From: Amoebophrya sp. A120
Taxonomy: Eukaryota > Protista > Dinoflagellata
Direction: 5' to 3'
Length of the DNA: 64,000 nucleotides
NCBI GenBank assembly: GCA_905178155.1
Contig: CAJINV010000004.1
Span: forward strand, 11,205,655 to 11,269,654
Shown: piece after piece, positions 38,865 to 51,856 of the stretch
How positions within the stretch are numbered: position 1 is the stretch's first letter
Layout: each line of letters opens with the position of its first letter
Translations under genes and position numbers: made by a program
The notes under the pieces: model-generated
Told to the model about the DNA's origin: nothing
The model's database searches: none
What the model saw: only the letters and a program-made list of their open reading frames with translations

Positions 38865-39989
38865 TTTTTTCTGAGTTTTAAATGGGAAAGATTTCGGCTT
38901 TTTCTTCTTCATCATTATAGCAGATATTAATCTTAATCATCATACAAGAACAACTGTCGTAGCGAAACCCAAAATCGTACTCGATGTATGTTGCGTGAAA
39001 GAATAAACATCAGTGTGGTTGTGTCACAAAATCTCTTACAAAAAAAATGATGTATCCGTGCCTTTATTGTCAGGGCGAAGAACAAATACAGCCTATACTA
39101 GACGCATGGACCTAGTAGGAGACAACCGACATCAGCCACACAACTGTGCTGGAGACACTACTTCTCAGATCCATCGACTCAGAAGTTTTTGGCGAAAAAA
39201 TGATCCAGGGAAAAAAGGCAAACGAGGGACAATGACATAGATCTACTTCTCCACTAGCGCCTTCTTTTTGGAAAATACGAGAAAACCTCCAATGAAATAA
39301 CGATGACCGATGCGGTTGCGGATCATGATGAAGATACACATACCCCCGGGGTACATGGCCACGACGCGGCTTAGAGCATGCTGGACCCGCTCCAATGATG
39401 AAGATCACGTTTCTTTCCTTTACACACTGTCACCGGGAGAGTAGCGAATCAGGGAAGTGAAGACAAGAACTGCACATTCGTGACCTGAACAGCAATTGAT
39501 TCGTCTTACGGTGCAGCTCCCTCGTCTTTCAAAAAACTTACGCAGCAAGAATGCTGCCCGCCGTTGCGACGTTGTTGTTCTTGGAACAGCTGTCTTCTTT
39601 TCGTCCAGCTGGACTTGCGCTTTTACTAGTAGCTTCTGATCAACTACATGGTCGCGGATCTTTCTCTGTTCCTACTCACACTCAGGTACTTACTTCTTAA
39701 ATCCTTTTCCTGCTGTCGCGACCCGAATAACATGCGTCGACCCCCACTAGCTGGATCCTTTTCCTTATCAACCTCAAAACGCGCATCCACTGGAAAAGAA
39801 AATCCCCCGCGCCCGTTCGCACAAAGGAGTTGTAACGCTCACTTCTCACTGTAAGGTCCCCGTATCTATGATCTCCGAAATCCACTATGCATAGAAGTTT
39901 CATCGCTCTCGTCTGCTGTAGTGCAAAGTCTACTTCTCCGACAAGATGATGAACGCCTCGAGAAACTACAGGGTCGTCCCCTGGTATTT

Positions 39990-42900
39990 CTAAACCGCCA
40001 CTACCTGCTGGAAGAGAAATCCGACAACGAGATAGCCCAATCCCAAGGTGAACACCAGCCGGCAGTCGGCGAAGTACCGGGGCCACTGGATACAGGGGTG
40101 CTGGTTGTGTTCCTGGGAGTCGTAGTTCTGCTGATACTGCGACATCTCCTCGCCGTAAAACAAGGCGTCCAGCAGAAAGGAAATCTGCCGCAGCACCCAC
40201 AGCAGCGGCCACCATTCGTAGCTGGTGCACGGTTTTTGCCACTGGTTCCCCTCGAACTGCACAAATTCGAAGCCCCGGTTGTGCGTTCGCCGGACCAGGG
40301 GGTTTTTCTGCTCCCGGTGCTGCTCCTCGTAAACCGCGAGCTGGTGGTGCTGCCGCCGAAGCAGGTCGTCCGGACTCAAACACCCATACCCCGGGGAAGA
40401 GTAGTAGGCGTGGTGTTGGCCCGCAAGGACAGAATTCCTCATGTAGTAGTTATCGCGATCAACATCTCCAGACGTGGTTCGTTCCCTGTTGGGCTGCAAC
40501 TGGGAAAAGTCGAGGGGCGAGACCGTGTTGGGCGCAGGGTAGTAGCTGACTTCATCCTGCTCGCCGTCGTGGTCCTGGGTGGAGGCGTTCAGGTCTAGCC
40601 GTCTCCGCAAGGAGGAGTGTCGGTGCGGGTTCCCCGCGTGGAAGTTGTGGTCGGAAAGCAGACTCGAGTCGAGATTGTCCTGCAGGATCCGCTCCCGTTC
40701 CAGCCTGGCAGAATTATAGTCCTCTCCCGTCAAGTCTGCATGTGGTGCGCCGTGGATCATCCCATTGTAATTGCCAGAGTTAGAAGTAAATTCCATCGCG
40801 TCACGACGCATCTTCTCGGACCGGAGGAACTGCTCGTATGGCGTTCTCAACTGTTACATTTTCAACTGTTACATGAATTTGTCATGCAGAACTACCATCA
40901 AGATCCACACGAGAAAGCTGCTTCGCATGACAAATTTGCGAAGAGCTAAACAGCGCCTAAATCTGTGCAGAACTTGTAATGCTAGAGGTGCAACCTCCCC
41001 CCTTTCACTTTTGCCATTCTTGCATCGCAAATTTATGTAACAATTGAGAATGTAACAGTTGAGAACGCCATAGCTCGGTGACGGAAAGTTCGTTTTGAAT
41101 CTTGTGCTTATGCCTTGCAGAAGTATCGTACTCGTATAAATGCAAATGCAAGTCTCGCATCACAAATCTTGTTCCCAAAGCAAATCAGCATTAGAAATTC
41201 TATTTCCCACGCTGAGGAAATTTTGAATGCAATCATACGAATACGATACTTTTGCACAGGATAGTACTTCTTCCGTAATGACTGCGACGGTGAACCCGCG
41301 AAGTTATTTGTCGATGACGAAGGATTGATATTGTCAAGAGATACTTGATCTCGAGCGGAGATAGTACCTCCTCCAGTCGAGGAGCCTGGTACAACAAGTT
41401 GACCTCCGCCACCGCCGAGCAACGCGCCGACCCCACCTGTCATCTTGTCCAACATCCCAGAGGGTTGCAACACTGGTTCCTCTGGGAGAGAATCGTTGAA
41501 GAGGGGCGACCAAGCAACCGTCTCGCGACGCAGGCGGTACTTTAACCGCGGAAAGGCGTCGTATAGTTTCGGCGGGACAAGATGCAAATTGTCCAACTTT
41601 TCCTTTGCTGGCCGAGATTTGCTCGCCGGGTTTTTCGTGTGTGCCACGGCTGCTGCTGGTCCGCCCTTGCTAGAAGATCTGGCGGGCTGCTGTGCCGTAG
41701 CTCCGCCTCCGGGCGCTCTTGATAAGGACGTCGAATCAAGCGTGGTTTGAGGTGGATCAACGGTACCAGCCTGGTGATTGTTGTTTTCCCTACTATTGGA
41801 CCGCGCTTGCAGTTCCGCTGCAGCTTGCTCTGGTTTCTGTTTCGACGTACCCACGTGGCCTACAGTACTGTGTCCTCGGTCGTCCCCACCCGCGAAGGAG
41901 AACAGTTTTTTCCACCAAGAAAACCCGCTGCCAGTCCCTTGCACCGCGTAGAGGTTCGGATCCTCCGGCCCCGCCAACACGGAAGCGCCGCCACCGACGA
42001 CCGCGCGCACGGCTCGCGGCTGCGCATCACCCGCTGCTGTTTGTGCAAATGAAGGCGTTGAAGACATGACTCCTACTCCATGATTATTAACACTAGTACC
42101 AGGCAAGTGGTGCACTGCTCGCGCGGGCGACAGTAAGGGACTCGGTTTGCGCGTGCTGTGGTACAGCTTGGACCGCATGTCCAAGGGCGGAAAGAGCGCC
42201 TATCAAATGCAAAAATGTCTGGGTCTGGAAGACTCTAAACTTGTGATGCTGTCTCTGGATTCGACAAAATTTTGTATTGCGTGACCAGTAAGAGGAGTAG
42301 CTTTTGTGCTCCGCGGAGATGGCATTTGTCATGCGGAATAGGCATGAGGAAGCGCTCTAAAAATCTGTGATGCTAGGCCATGCATCGCAGGCATTATGGA
42401 TCATGCAAAATATGCATGACAAATCTTGCAATCTCCCAGACCCAGACATTTTTGCATTTGATAGCGCCGCTTGTCGCTCCATTTCGAAGTCCTGCAGCAA
42501 GTCCTGTTCGCGAAGTTGTGCCTGCTGTGCCGGGGGTGACCGCCCGGAACCGCTGGCTAGCATGCCGGTTTGGTTCATCTGGGCGTTTTTCGTGCTCAGG
42601 ATTTTGGCCGCACCCCCCGCATTCGCGGTGTTGTAGACCGAGGAGCACTGCTTGAAGTTGCTCACCGGACTGCTGACCGGGTCGTGCTGCTTTCTCCGAC
42701 CACCGGGCGATGAAGAAGCCGCCGCCTGCCTCCTCTGCGCGTTCCGGATGTGTTGGTCAGGCTGCACGACGCCTCCGGCGGGAGCCTTCCCCTTTGCTCC
42801 TCCTGCAGCCCTTACGTTTATTTCTGCCTGCGTTTTCCTTTCCATTTCGGTGGACATGAATCCGCAGACCTTCTCCAGCATCGCGACGGTCGGCTTCGCG

Positions 42901-45900
42901 CATTCAATGATGTCCCCTGTGAACACCCCGGTGTGGTCCTCGAAAAGGTTGGCCAGCGCGTGCTGGTTCGCCGTCGCGAAGTGCTGCCCACTGTAGACGC
43001 TCGACAGCATCCCCGGTTGCGAGTCCGCGAAGGATCGACCGAAATTGGAATCGGTGGAATTGGACGAGAGTGGTAGAGACAGAGCGGACGCTGATAAAAC
43101 GGATGTAGCTCCGGCACTTGAAAATCCTCCTGCTAGCAAATAACCACTGCCAGGAGCAGTGGAAGATGACACCACTCCCATCCGCATCTGCAAGAGCGAA
43201 TCGTTGTCTGCCGTGGCGGCCGAGTCCAGCACCATGCGCATGCTGTGCAAAACCCCGTCGCGCTGACTGCTCCACAACGCCTGCAGCAGTCCCGGGTCGC
43301 CGAAGCAGCTCAAGGTGGCGAAGGACAAAGACAGAAAATCGTTGTAGATGGCCAGGTGGTCCGCGCCGGAAAGCCGGTGCTGCCGGTAGCTGTTGGCGAG
43401 GCTGCTCGGCAGGCGCAAGGCCGCACTACGGGTCGATGTGGGTTGTGCGGCTCCCGGTCTACTGCTCCTTGACGAGGACGCACTTGAAGACGACCCGGCT
43501 GCAACCAGCGCCGCCACGGACGCGAGGCCAGACGTCTTGTGGTAGCCGGTCGCGATGTGCTCCCGGCACTCTTGAAAGACCGGGTGCCCGAGAAACTGCC
43601 GCAACAGCGCGTACAAGCTCCAATGCCGTGTGACGTAGTCCCGGTAGCCTTCGCTGAAGCCCACATTGCCGAACTCCCGGTCCCCCCCGGCACCCAGCCG
43701 CGAGTCGTCGTGGAGACCCGGGCCGTACACGAAAAACTGCGCGGATGGGCCGTACAGGGCGCGGTCGAAGAATCTCTGCGTCGGAGAGGACGAAGATGCT
43801 GTCGCGCTGCCTCTAGTCGACGTTCCACCCCCTGCAGCAGATGAACCAACACCAGTCGCTGTCCCCCTAGCTCTAGAATTATTTCCCCCACCGAAGACGA
43901 ACGTGACCGGGTAAAACAGCGTGTCCACGACGGAGGCAAGCATCGAAGTCGGGCCGCGCGGCGGCGCACCAGGGGTCGAGCTATCAAACAGAAAAAAGCT
44001 GGCAGGGCATATTTGTAAATGCAAAAATACATACACAAAAAAATCTGTCATGGGTGGCCCCGTAGCATGCTGTTTCGGATATGCAATAGAATACAGATCT
44101 TTTTGTGTATTTATCTTTGCATTACAAATGTGACCTGCCAGTTTTTTTCTGTGTGATACGAGCTACTGCTCGAGGAGGACATATTGGGCTGTAGGATTGT
44201 TCCAGCGGCGGTTGATGAACCACTCCCTCCCGTCATCATCATGTTGGTCCTAGTTGACCTCAGACCGTGGTAGTCCGTGAACAAATTTGCCACTTCGTTC
44301 TTCGCGAAAAAGTCTAAATTGTCGAGAAACTCCGACCTGCTGATGCCCATCCAGGCGTTCAAATTTGGCAGCAGCGCGTCAACGGAGTTTTTGCTGTTCT
44401 TTCCTCGGCTGGAGGTTGCCTGCACCACGTACCGGTCGTTCGCGGACCGGAAGTGCGTGACGGGCTCGGGCTCGAGGCCAATCGTGTGTTCCAGTTGCTT
44501 TTCGTTCAGCAGCTTTCGAAACCCCTTCCCGCCCATGCCGTTGTAGGCCGTGACGTAGTAGGGATAGATCAAGCTGGCCAACCAGGGTTGACAGAGCAGC
44601 AGCCAGGTGCGCATCGCCTGGAGGAAGCAGTCCAGGTGCAGGTCCGGGTGCGCGAGGATTTTCCGCAGCACCCGCTCCGCCGTAAACACGAAGTCGTGCA
44701 GGCTGTTCAACGGCTCGGAACAAAGCAAGTGCAGCAACGCGACGCGCATCGCCGGCAGCATCTGGGCACTGTTTAACAGTAGGTCCCCCATCGGGTCCTC
44801 GCGGGCGATTTTAGGCAGCAGAGCCGCGCTACTATTGTTTGGGATCGGCGGTGGTCCACCCGCAGGCAGCGCAAGAGAGGAATCAGTCGCGGCGGTTGAA
44901 GCGAACCACATATCGAAAATCAGGCAGTGCAACAAGCGCTGTCCCGCACTCAGCCGGCCCCGCAACTTCGCACCGGCGCGCTCCTGCGCAGTCGTCGCAC
45001 CACCCGTGGCGGAAGACGCGGTGGGCACCTGAAGTTTTGGGTTATCTACTTTAGTGGAACACGACAGTGAATGAAGCTAATTGCTGCACTTACAACTCGT
45101 GGAGGACAAGTCAGAGTCTGTGTTTACAACCTATTCAAGGACCGTTCCTAAGATCTCCGCACTTCTGATTCAAGTGCGTTCAACACACAAACACATCTTC
45201 ATCAGAAACAACTCAGTGATGTTACCAATCCTCCGTTTGAGCGACTCCCGAAACCAGACGACGCAGTGCCCGCACGAAAGATGTACAGGTACTCAATGAG
45301 CAGCTTTTCGTAGGTTTTCGACTCTCGGCGGTTTGTAAAAACGAACTCCGAGGACCCAAACTTCGCTTTGCTGCCCTGCTTCTGCAGATTCTGCAGGGTG
45401 CGGTTGCCGCCGGCGAAAAACGGCGTGAGGAAATTGCTGCCCAGGTTGTGGATGGCGCCTGGGATTATTTTTTGTTCGTGCTGCTCGACGAGATCAGTGC
45501 ATCATCTACGAACACTCCACCTAGGTAGTAAGAAACAAGCGGTCTTTGCACGCGACTTTTCTCATAGTCATATGTAAAAATGCGCCTGCATTTATTAATA
45601 GAAACAGTAACAAACAAATCATGAAGCCAGTACGGCCCATCTGCTTATTCTTGTCTGCTGCGGTGCTTGTTGTTTCGCCCAAATGCGCCCTTCTGGTGAT
45701 TTCCAGGGCTTCCATCATCCGTGCGAGGTGCTCGGTGCGCAGGACGATCACGTTCACGAAGGTGATCAAGTAGTAGAGCAACGGATCGGGGACCACCAGG
45801 TTAACCTGGTGCGCTTGCTTCGCGGAGTGGATGGTGTTGGTCGTGGAGCCGCTATTCTGGTCCGCCGGCGTTTCCGAAAACCGCAGAGCGCCGCCGCATT

Positions 45901-46497
45901 CCTGGGCGAGGAAGTTCAGCGTTGGCGATTCGAACACGTCGATGTCATACCGCTCCTGGCGAAGACTCGGAGGCACGTCGAGCTGTGAGTGTGATGTGGA
46001 CGAGAACGAGATGAGTTCTTGGGATAAAAATCCGAGTGGGACAAAAATCCGAGTGGGATAAAAATGAATCCTCATTGAACAAAAGCTGGCGTTGAAAATG
46101 GTATAAATATATATAATTTCCTTTTCTATACGTATTTCAGAATTTCTTTCTGCATCCGCCACGGCAGAGTGGAGATCGGTAGCGCCATATATTCTCCCGA
46201 AGAAGATGCTGATGCCCCAGAAGAACCGACACCAGCCTCGTAGTTCGTTGATGGAAGCAGCGCCAGGAAGTCCAGGGAAAACGCTTCGCACAGGGCGGTC
46301 GCGAGCTCCTGCGGTCGCTTGCTCTCCTCGAGGAGCAGAATCCATAACGGCTGCAGTTGACAGAGGTAGGGCAGGTGCTGGCGAAACAGCTCAGGCTCGT
46401 CGAACTTCCGCGAACTGGGCGTACAGATGTAGTCGCGGAACAGGAAAACACTCCGCTCGTCCGGCCCCAGTTGGGGGCAAAGCTGGGCGATGGACAT
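39990..46497 (-). CDS. SMPD4: Sphingomyelin phosphodiesterase 4 (nSMase3/NET13)-like tail-anchored protein
   Basis: Recalled family motifs in order: DPLLYYLITF, YEKLLIEYL, TWLLLCQPW, DYVTRHWSLY, FEGNQWQKPCTSYE..LLWVL, PRYFADCR plus C-terminal TM helix; four elements and several canonical introns. Confidence 0.7.
40837..41072. mobile_element. Introner-like TIR element, family C (236 bp), TSD gctcg
   Basis: tatggcgttctcaactgttacatt...aatgtaacagttgagaacgccata; excision gives SVTEQFLRSE. Confidence 0.95.
41109..41263. mobile_element. Introner-like TIR element, family B (155 bp), TSD gtgct/gtact
   Basis: Family B TIR; excision gives RKK(Y/H)KIQNELSV. Confidence 0.9.
42201..42463. mobile_element. 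Introner-like TIR element, family A (263 bp), TSD gcgcc, reverse orientation
   Basis: tatcaaatgcaaaaatgtctgggtctgg at both ends; body is the reverse complement of the 26144 type; excision gives QAALFPPLDMR. Confidence 0.95.
43982..44158. mobile_element. Introner-like TIR element, family E (177 bp), TSD cgagc
   Basis: Long hairpin related to 11232-11402; excision gives SSSSTPGAPP. Confidence 0.93.
46020..46065. repeat. 17-bp tandem repeat (~2.6 units) near an intron 3' end
   Basis: ggga(t/c)aaaaatccgagt repeated. Confidence 0.7.
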
Positions 46498-47897
46498 GTT
46501 GTTGGCTTCAGGACGACGAAGCCGGGTGGAGGCGGTTCGCCTTTTCGTTCTTCTTCCTGAAATAATCGCGCGACTTCGACGCCCTTTCGCCAGGAGGCTC
46601 CGAACAACTAGATCATGACCGGAATGTTTTTTTGGTGCTTTCGAGCAGGACGGCGTTTATTCCCTCCGGCGCTCGAGGCAATTTTGTACGGGACGGCAGT
46701 GCCATGGTCATCATCGATCTTGGTTTTCGTTTTGTTTCGCTGCGACTTCGCCTTCAAAGAATCGGTCAAGTAGTCATGGTGAATGGTGGATCAAAAGCAG
46801 AATAAGCTAACTACACGAAAATCTGCATGGACCACAAAAAATATTGGGGGATGGGAACGATTCTCTTTTTTAACAGAACGGAATGACCTGACGGGGACCA
46901 ACATCAACTGCGACGGAGCAGCCTTTTCAGAGTGCGGATGCCAAACATATAACCATTGAAATGCGAAGATCTAATGCTCCTGAACAGGAGCGCGACACGT
47001 GGTAGCCGCATACACTTATAGACAATAATCTTCACCGTGTGCGGAAAAAACTTCAACTACTGGCACAGCCTATCTGAAGAAAGCCAAAGCCTTCAATCCT
47101 TATCGAAGATCAACATGCAGCAAGTGCAAGAGCAGTCGACATAACAAGATCGTTCCATAACGAGCAATAGTACTGACGACCTGCGTTTTCAAAATCAACG
47201 AAAAATTCGACCAGGAAAGATCTTCATCGCCAGCATCTACTTTTCTTTCAATTGAGACTATACTCACGCTGATAGTAAAGGTAAAGGTAATGCTGGCCGC
47301 CCCGCTCCAAAATAAGCACGTGCACGAACACAGCCCTGATTTCAATCGACCGTCAATGTTGTCTTTACGACGCGTAGGAATGAGCAACTCTACTCGTACT
47401 CCATCTCGTCGCCCCTCTTTTCTCGATAAGAAATAACCGCACTGAAAACTAGTACGGTCGCAAAAGAAAGATGCTATCGTCCTTCCTCGCGGGAAGAGCA
47501 AAATGAAAATGTTTCTTTGTGTTAAGTAGTCCTTAACCCACACCACACACAGTAGATTGCCAACACCTAAATTTGTCCAATCTGTCTCAAGGATTCATCA
47601 CACAGTCGTGGTTCGCAAGATAAAATTTTTGCCTCCAACTGTAGTCGCAACACCGTTTTATATCAACATTGCGCGGCCGTCAACACGTTGTAGTCTCTGT
47701 CCTCAACTGTATCACTGCGATTTACTCACAAACATACTCATTGAAAAAATCTTTTTATGTTTGTACTTTCCGACACGTATCCCTCGTCGGCCCCACTGGA
47801 CTATCAATTAACTCCGTACTATCCGGAGATCCACATCACCCACGCGGCGTCCGTGCGACCATGACTGCACCAGGAGACAATGCAGATCCTTTCATTT

Positions 47898-50352
47898 CTA
47901 TCGCATCAGCAGCGGTACCGTGTCCCGGATGGCGCGGTAGACCTTCACCGCAGTCTCCGTCACGGTGCGCATGGGGCACTTGCCCTTCTTCTTTGCTTTC
48001 CGCGCTAGCGCCTCGCCCTTGCCGTGCTTCTCCGGGTCGTACGCAAAGGGGTTCGGCTTGAACATGAAAGCCGGCATTTTGGAGCCGCCAGTGCTGGACC
48101 CCGCGGCTTTTTTCTTCTTTTTCTTTCCTGATTTGGTTGTCGTTTTCGACGAGTTTGCATTGGTTTCGGGGTTTTTCGATGTGCTGTTACTGCCCCTAGT
48201 CGTGCTCCTATACTTTTCATCATCTGCGTCGTTCTCCGCCGGCTTTGCTCCACCTGCGGCGCCGACTATTTCTTCGCCGCCAAGCTCTGCGGTCCGATTC
48301 ATACCTCGTTTGATCTGCAGGATGCGCTCCCTGCAGTCGGTAGTCGCGTTTGATGGCAAATTTTCGCACTGGTCATCGGCTTCGTCGTCAAGGTGAAGAT
48401 TCTCTGGAGCAGGCACTGTAAAACCAGAGGAGGATGTTGTCCCGGTGCTCTCACCGTCTTCTCCACCACGCCCATGATCCGAAGCCGTTACATTCTCCTG
48501 GTTCCAGGGCAACTCTTTGTTGTAAATCCGGCCTAAAATCGGGTACTTGGACAGGTAGGTCTCCTCAAAGTTATCTCGACCCTCAAACAGCTCCATATCC
48601 GTATCCAATGCAAAAATGTCTGGGTCTGGAAGAATGCAAGATTTGTCATGCTTATTTCTCATGACCCATGATGCCTGTAATGCTTCACCTAGCATCGCAG
48701 ACTTTTAGAAGGCTCCCTGATGCACCTTCCGCATGAGAAATGCCCTGTCCGTGTAGCAAAAACTGTGCCCCTCTTGCTGGTCATGCAATACAAATTTTTT
48801 TAGAGTCCAAAAACAGCATGACAAGTTGCAATCTTCCAGACCCAGACATTTTTGCAGTTGATAATCCGTGAGCCCGAGCAAGTCCCGGTCCAAGTCAGAC
48901 TCCTCAAGCGAGCCTAGCGCCAGCGCCCGCGTCGCTGGTAGGTGTTGATTGGTCATTGTGTGTGTTTTGCGTTTGAAAAATAAGAAAATTCGTTTCTTTT
49001 TCAAGCAGTGAGAGTGACCTTTCAAAAAAGTCCGGAAAATGAGTTACTAGTGCTCACTGCGTTCTTTTTCACACAAAAACAATCCGTCCTACCTTCCCGT
49101 CCGTGAAACAGCGCATAGCCTCCCTCACCCTGTTTGTAAAAGTGCGGCGAGGCCGTGACATTGAAGACATAGCCGAAATACGCGAGGTAAAGCAGATTCT
49201 GGTCCTCGAGCAGGTTTGGTAGGTCGCGAAATTCGTTCCAGGTGTAGTACTTCCAGCGAAATACCTCATTTTCCTCCAAATCAGCGTCCTGGATGAACCG
49301 CACGTAATGAAAATAACTCAGCAGCGCAAACAGCGCCGCAAGAAAAAGTCGGTCGGCCGTCAGTATCACATGAGAAACATCCTCAGCTGTATTTTTCCTC
49401 ATAGGGCAAAAAAAAAAAAAATTCCAGCATGTTTGTAGATCAGAACGCAAGGCGTGCAACATCGCCCAAGCGGAAAGCAATTCACGGCAAGTTCGGAAAT
49501 TATGCACCTGCTGTTTATTTGTGAGTGATGGGATTGCTTTGAAAAAGAGGACTCATCGCGACGGTATGGCGCTGAAAAGCATGGCCAAGAAGTGCCTCAG
49601 TTGGCCAAAATTGTGACTGGGACCGTCGAGGCTGTAATGCGGAGAAGGCAAAAAAGATGCTTTTTTTGCAAAAAAAAGCTGTTTTTTTGATCAAAATCCT
49701 TGGGATTTTGACGTCCGAAACCTTGCTATGAGTACTCATTTTTTTTTGCTATGAGTACAAATAACTTCCCCGACGGAGTTCTGGATCAGAACTCTCTCAC
49801 AAAGCAGCTCATTTTGATGCTATAGGTCATAGCTTTTCCTAGGGTCAGGAAGGAGAGTGAGTACAAATACGGTAGCAGTGGGAGAGGCTTTTTTTGCATT
49901 CAATTCCCGATGCTATGGTGGCCCCACAGGGTCACTTTTTTGCTCAAACGCGACGGCGTGCTGTTTTTCTTTTTGCACTGCCGCCGTGATTGGCTTCAAT
50001 TGGTCTGCTTTTCGTATCCCAAACACCATCGCAATGCAGCCTGATAGATGGAGGCTGTACCCTATCCCGGAGAACCCCCTGAAGGGTGGGCCTGGTTCTG
50101 ATACATAAAAACCTGCGCAAATTTTTTTTTTTTTGGCCCTATGAGGAAAAATACAGCTGAGGACTTTTCTAATTTGATAGTCAGGTGAGGAAAATTAACC
50201 ATGATAGGACTACTTTGCGGCTTTTCCGTAGCCGAATTTTCCTGTTGCGTAGTTTCCGTCATGTAGTTGTGGCCTTCAAGAACGTCCACGTCGTCGCTTT
50301 TCCTATTGTACGACCCCTGGTCTGTAGCAGAAATGGACGCTATGATAGCCAT
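47898..50352 (-). CDS. Membrane-anchored cytochrome b5-like heme/steroid-binding protein (MAPR family)
   Basis: TM helix, then YYTWNEF..LYLAYFGYVFNVTASPHFYKQGEGGYALFHGREATRALALGSL..DLLGLTDMEL..YLSKYPILGRI; GT-AG intron 48935-49092 plus two elements; start codon uncertain. Confidence 0.88.
48602..48863. mobile_element. Introner-like TIR element, family A (262 bp), TSD atccg
   Basis: Family A TIR; excision gives LLGLTDMELFEG. Confidence 0.94.
49364..50179. mobile_element. Large introner-like TIR element (816 bp), TSD gtcag
   Basis: ~55-bp TIR tatca.at.agaaa..tcctcagctgtatttttcctcatagggc(A)n; excision joins NFPHLT to ADRLFLAA. Confidence 0.9.
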
Positions 50353-51856
50353 TTTGGACCGATAGCAGGTTCATGTCTCATCAGTTGAAGAAGACGCTCC
50401 GATAGAAGTGCGACGGGTGTTCAACAAATTGTATTTGACTCACGTGAAAGGAGGGCATTGCTTGGAAACTACACAATATGTTGTACGGAGGTGATTCTGA
50501 GTTCCTGGAGAAAATCGAAGGGCAACAGCAACACGTGGCTGGTCGTGGACACACGTGAAAATTTTCTAACTTGCTCTACTGCTCTAAACTTCCTCTACCA
50601 ACAAAAAATGTACTTGCACAGCACTCGCTGGTGCTTTAGCAGTGCGGCCTCCTGCACCTGTAACTGTATCAGCATCGTGAATAAAAGTATCCTCACATCA
50701 GACCACACACGACACCAATCGGTACATGGAACACTGACTAAGGAGCAGCAGTCACACGACCCGGCTTCCCCACTTTCTCCACCGAAGCAGATGAAGAAAC
50801 GGCAGACCAATGTTAGTGTGATTTTTTATTGATGTTGTCGGTTTGTAAAACAAGTCAAGCTCACCAATTTGTTGAATCTCGTAAACCATCCTATGGCCAG
50901 CCTGATTGGTGCGAATCATAGGCCTTCTTTTTGCCTCTTAGGCCAGCTGCTCTTGAAGCATCATCAAGTGGCTCTTCTTGTTCCTTTTCGTACCGCTTTT
51001 GCTTGCTTCAATTTCCTCGTTCATTGTCGTGGGGAGAGAGTTCTTTAGCATGTATAACCAGGAAAAATACAACTGATACTGAATAAGAACTACTTCTGCG
51101 TTAAAATAAACCACTGAGAGAAAGGGACGATTCGGCTCTCGACGAGAGCTTGCTTCATACATTTTCTTGTTTGCAAAGCCTCGTTTGAAGATGTCATGTC
51201 GCGTACAGAGAGACCGACGGGGCCTTCTGGAGAAAGGAGAATCTTAAACCTTCTGGGGTATATCATCTTGAGATTGAATGGTGCATGTCGTCGTGAAGTC
51301 GATCTTACAAACAACTAAAACCATCCATATCCGTAGTGTCTTTCGCGGGTGTGCTTGCAGCCACTGAGACTTGTAGTGATGAACCAAAGCTACCTCAAGG
51401 CAGTTTGCTCCTCTAGTGGATTTCATTTTTTTCCTACTTGTATTACGACCACCCGCAGATCCAGAGTCTTGTTGCTGTTTGCATAAAGCCTATCGCGGCA
51501 TAATGGCATCGAAATAAAACCAGATCGAGTAACAGTTCGTGTGTTTCCGTGGCAACATTAGAAAATATTGCGTGCATCGTATAAAACAGGAAGGAAGGGA
51601 AAGTGCAATCTCGCAGAAGATCGCTTCGCTTACTCCGACCGTCGCCAGAGCAACAACTTCAATAACTTTCACTTTCTCGACCAAAACCACTCTTCAGGAG
51701 CCCGTGCTATAGAAAGAAACGCGTCGACGGAAGGACTCTGTTCCTGTTTCGTTTACCATGACGTAATATCAAAAACCGTTGCGCATGGTGCGTAGCTTTG
51801 TTCATACCACGTCGGTACTTAGTTTGCTTTCCTCCCTTGTTCTACTCTTGCGCTTC

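Noticed and set aside
39899-39992. Three in-frame TAG codons in a coding-looking run after the SMPD4-like ORF, suggesting TAG reassignment
   Set aside because: The first TAG follows the expected C-terminal TM helix, so it is a natural stop; very long TAR-free ORFs argue against global recoding
50346-50357. 12-nt match (tagccattttgg) to the dinoflagellate spliced leader
   Set aside because: On the non-coding strand; it is simply the complement of a ccaaaATGgcta start context and too short to be significant
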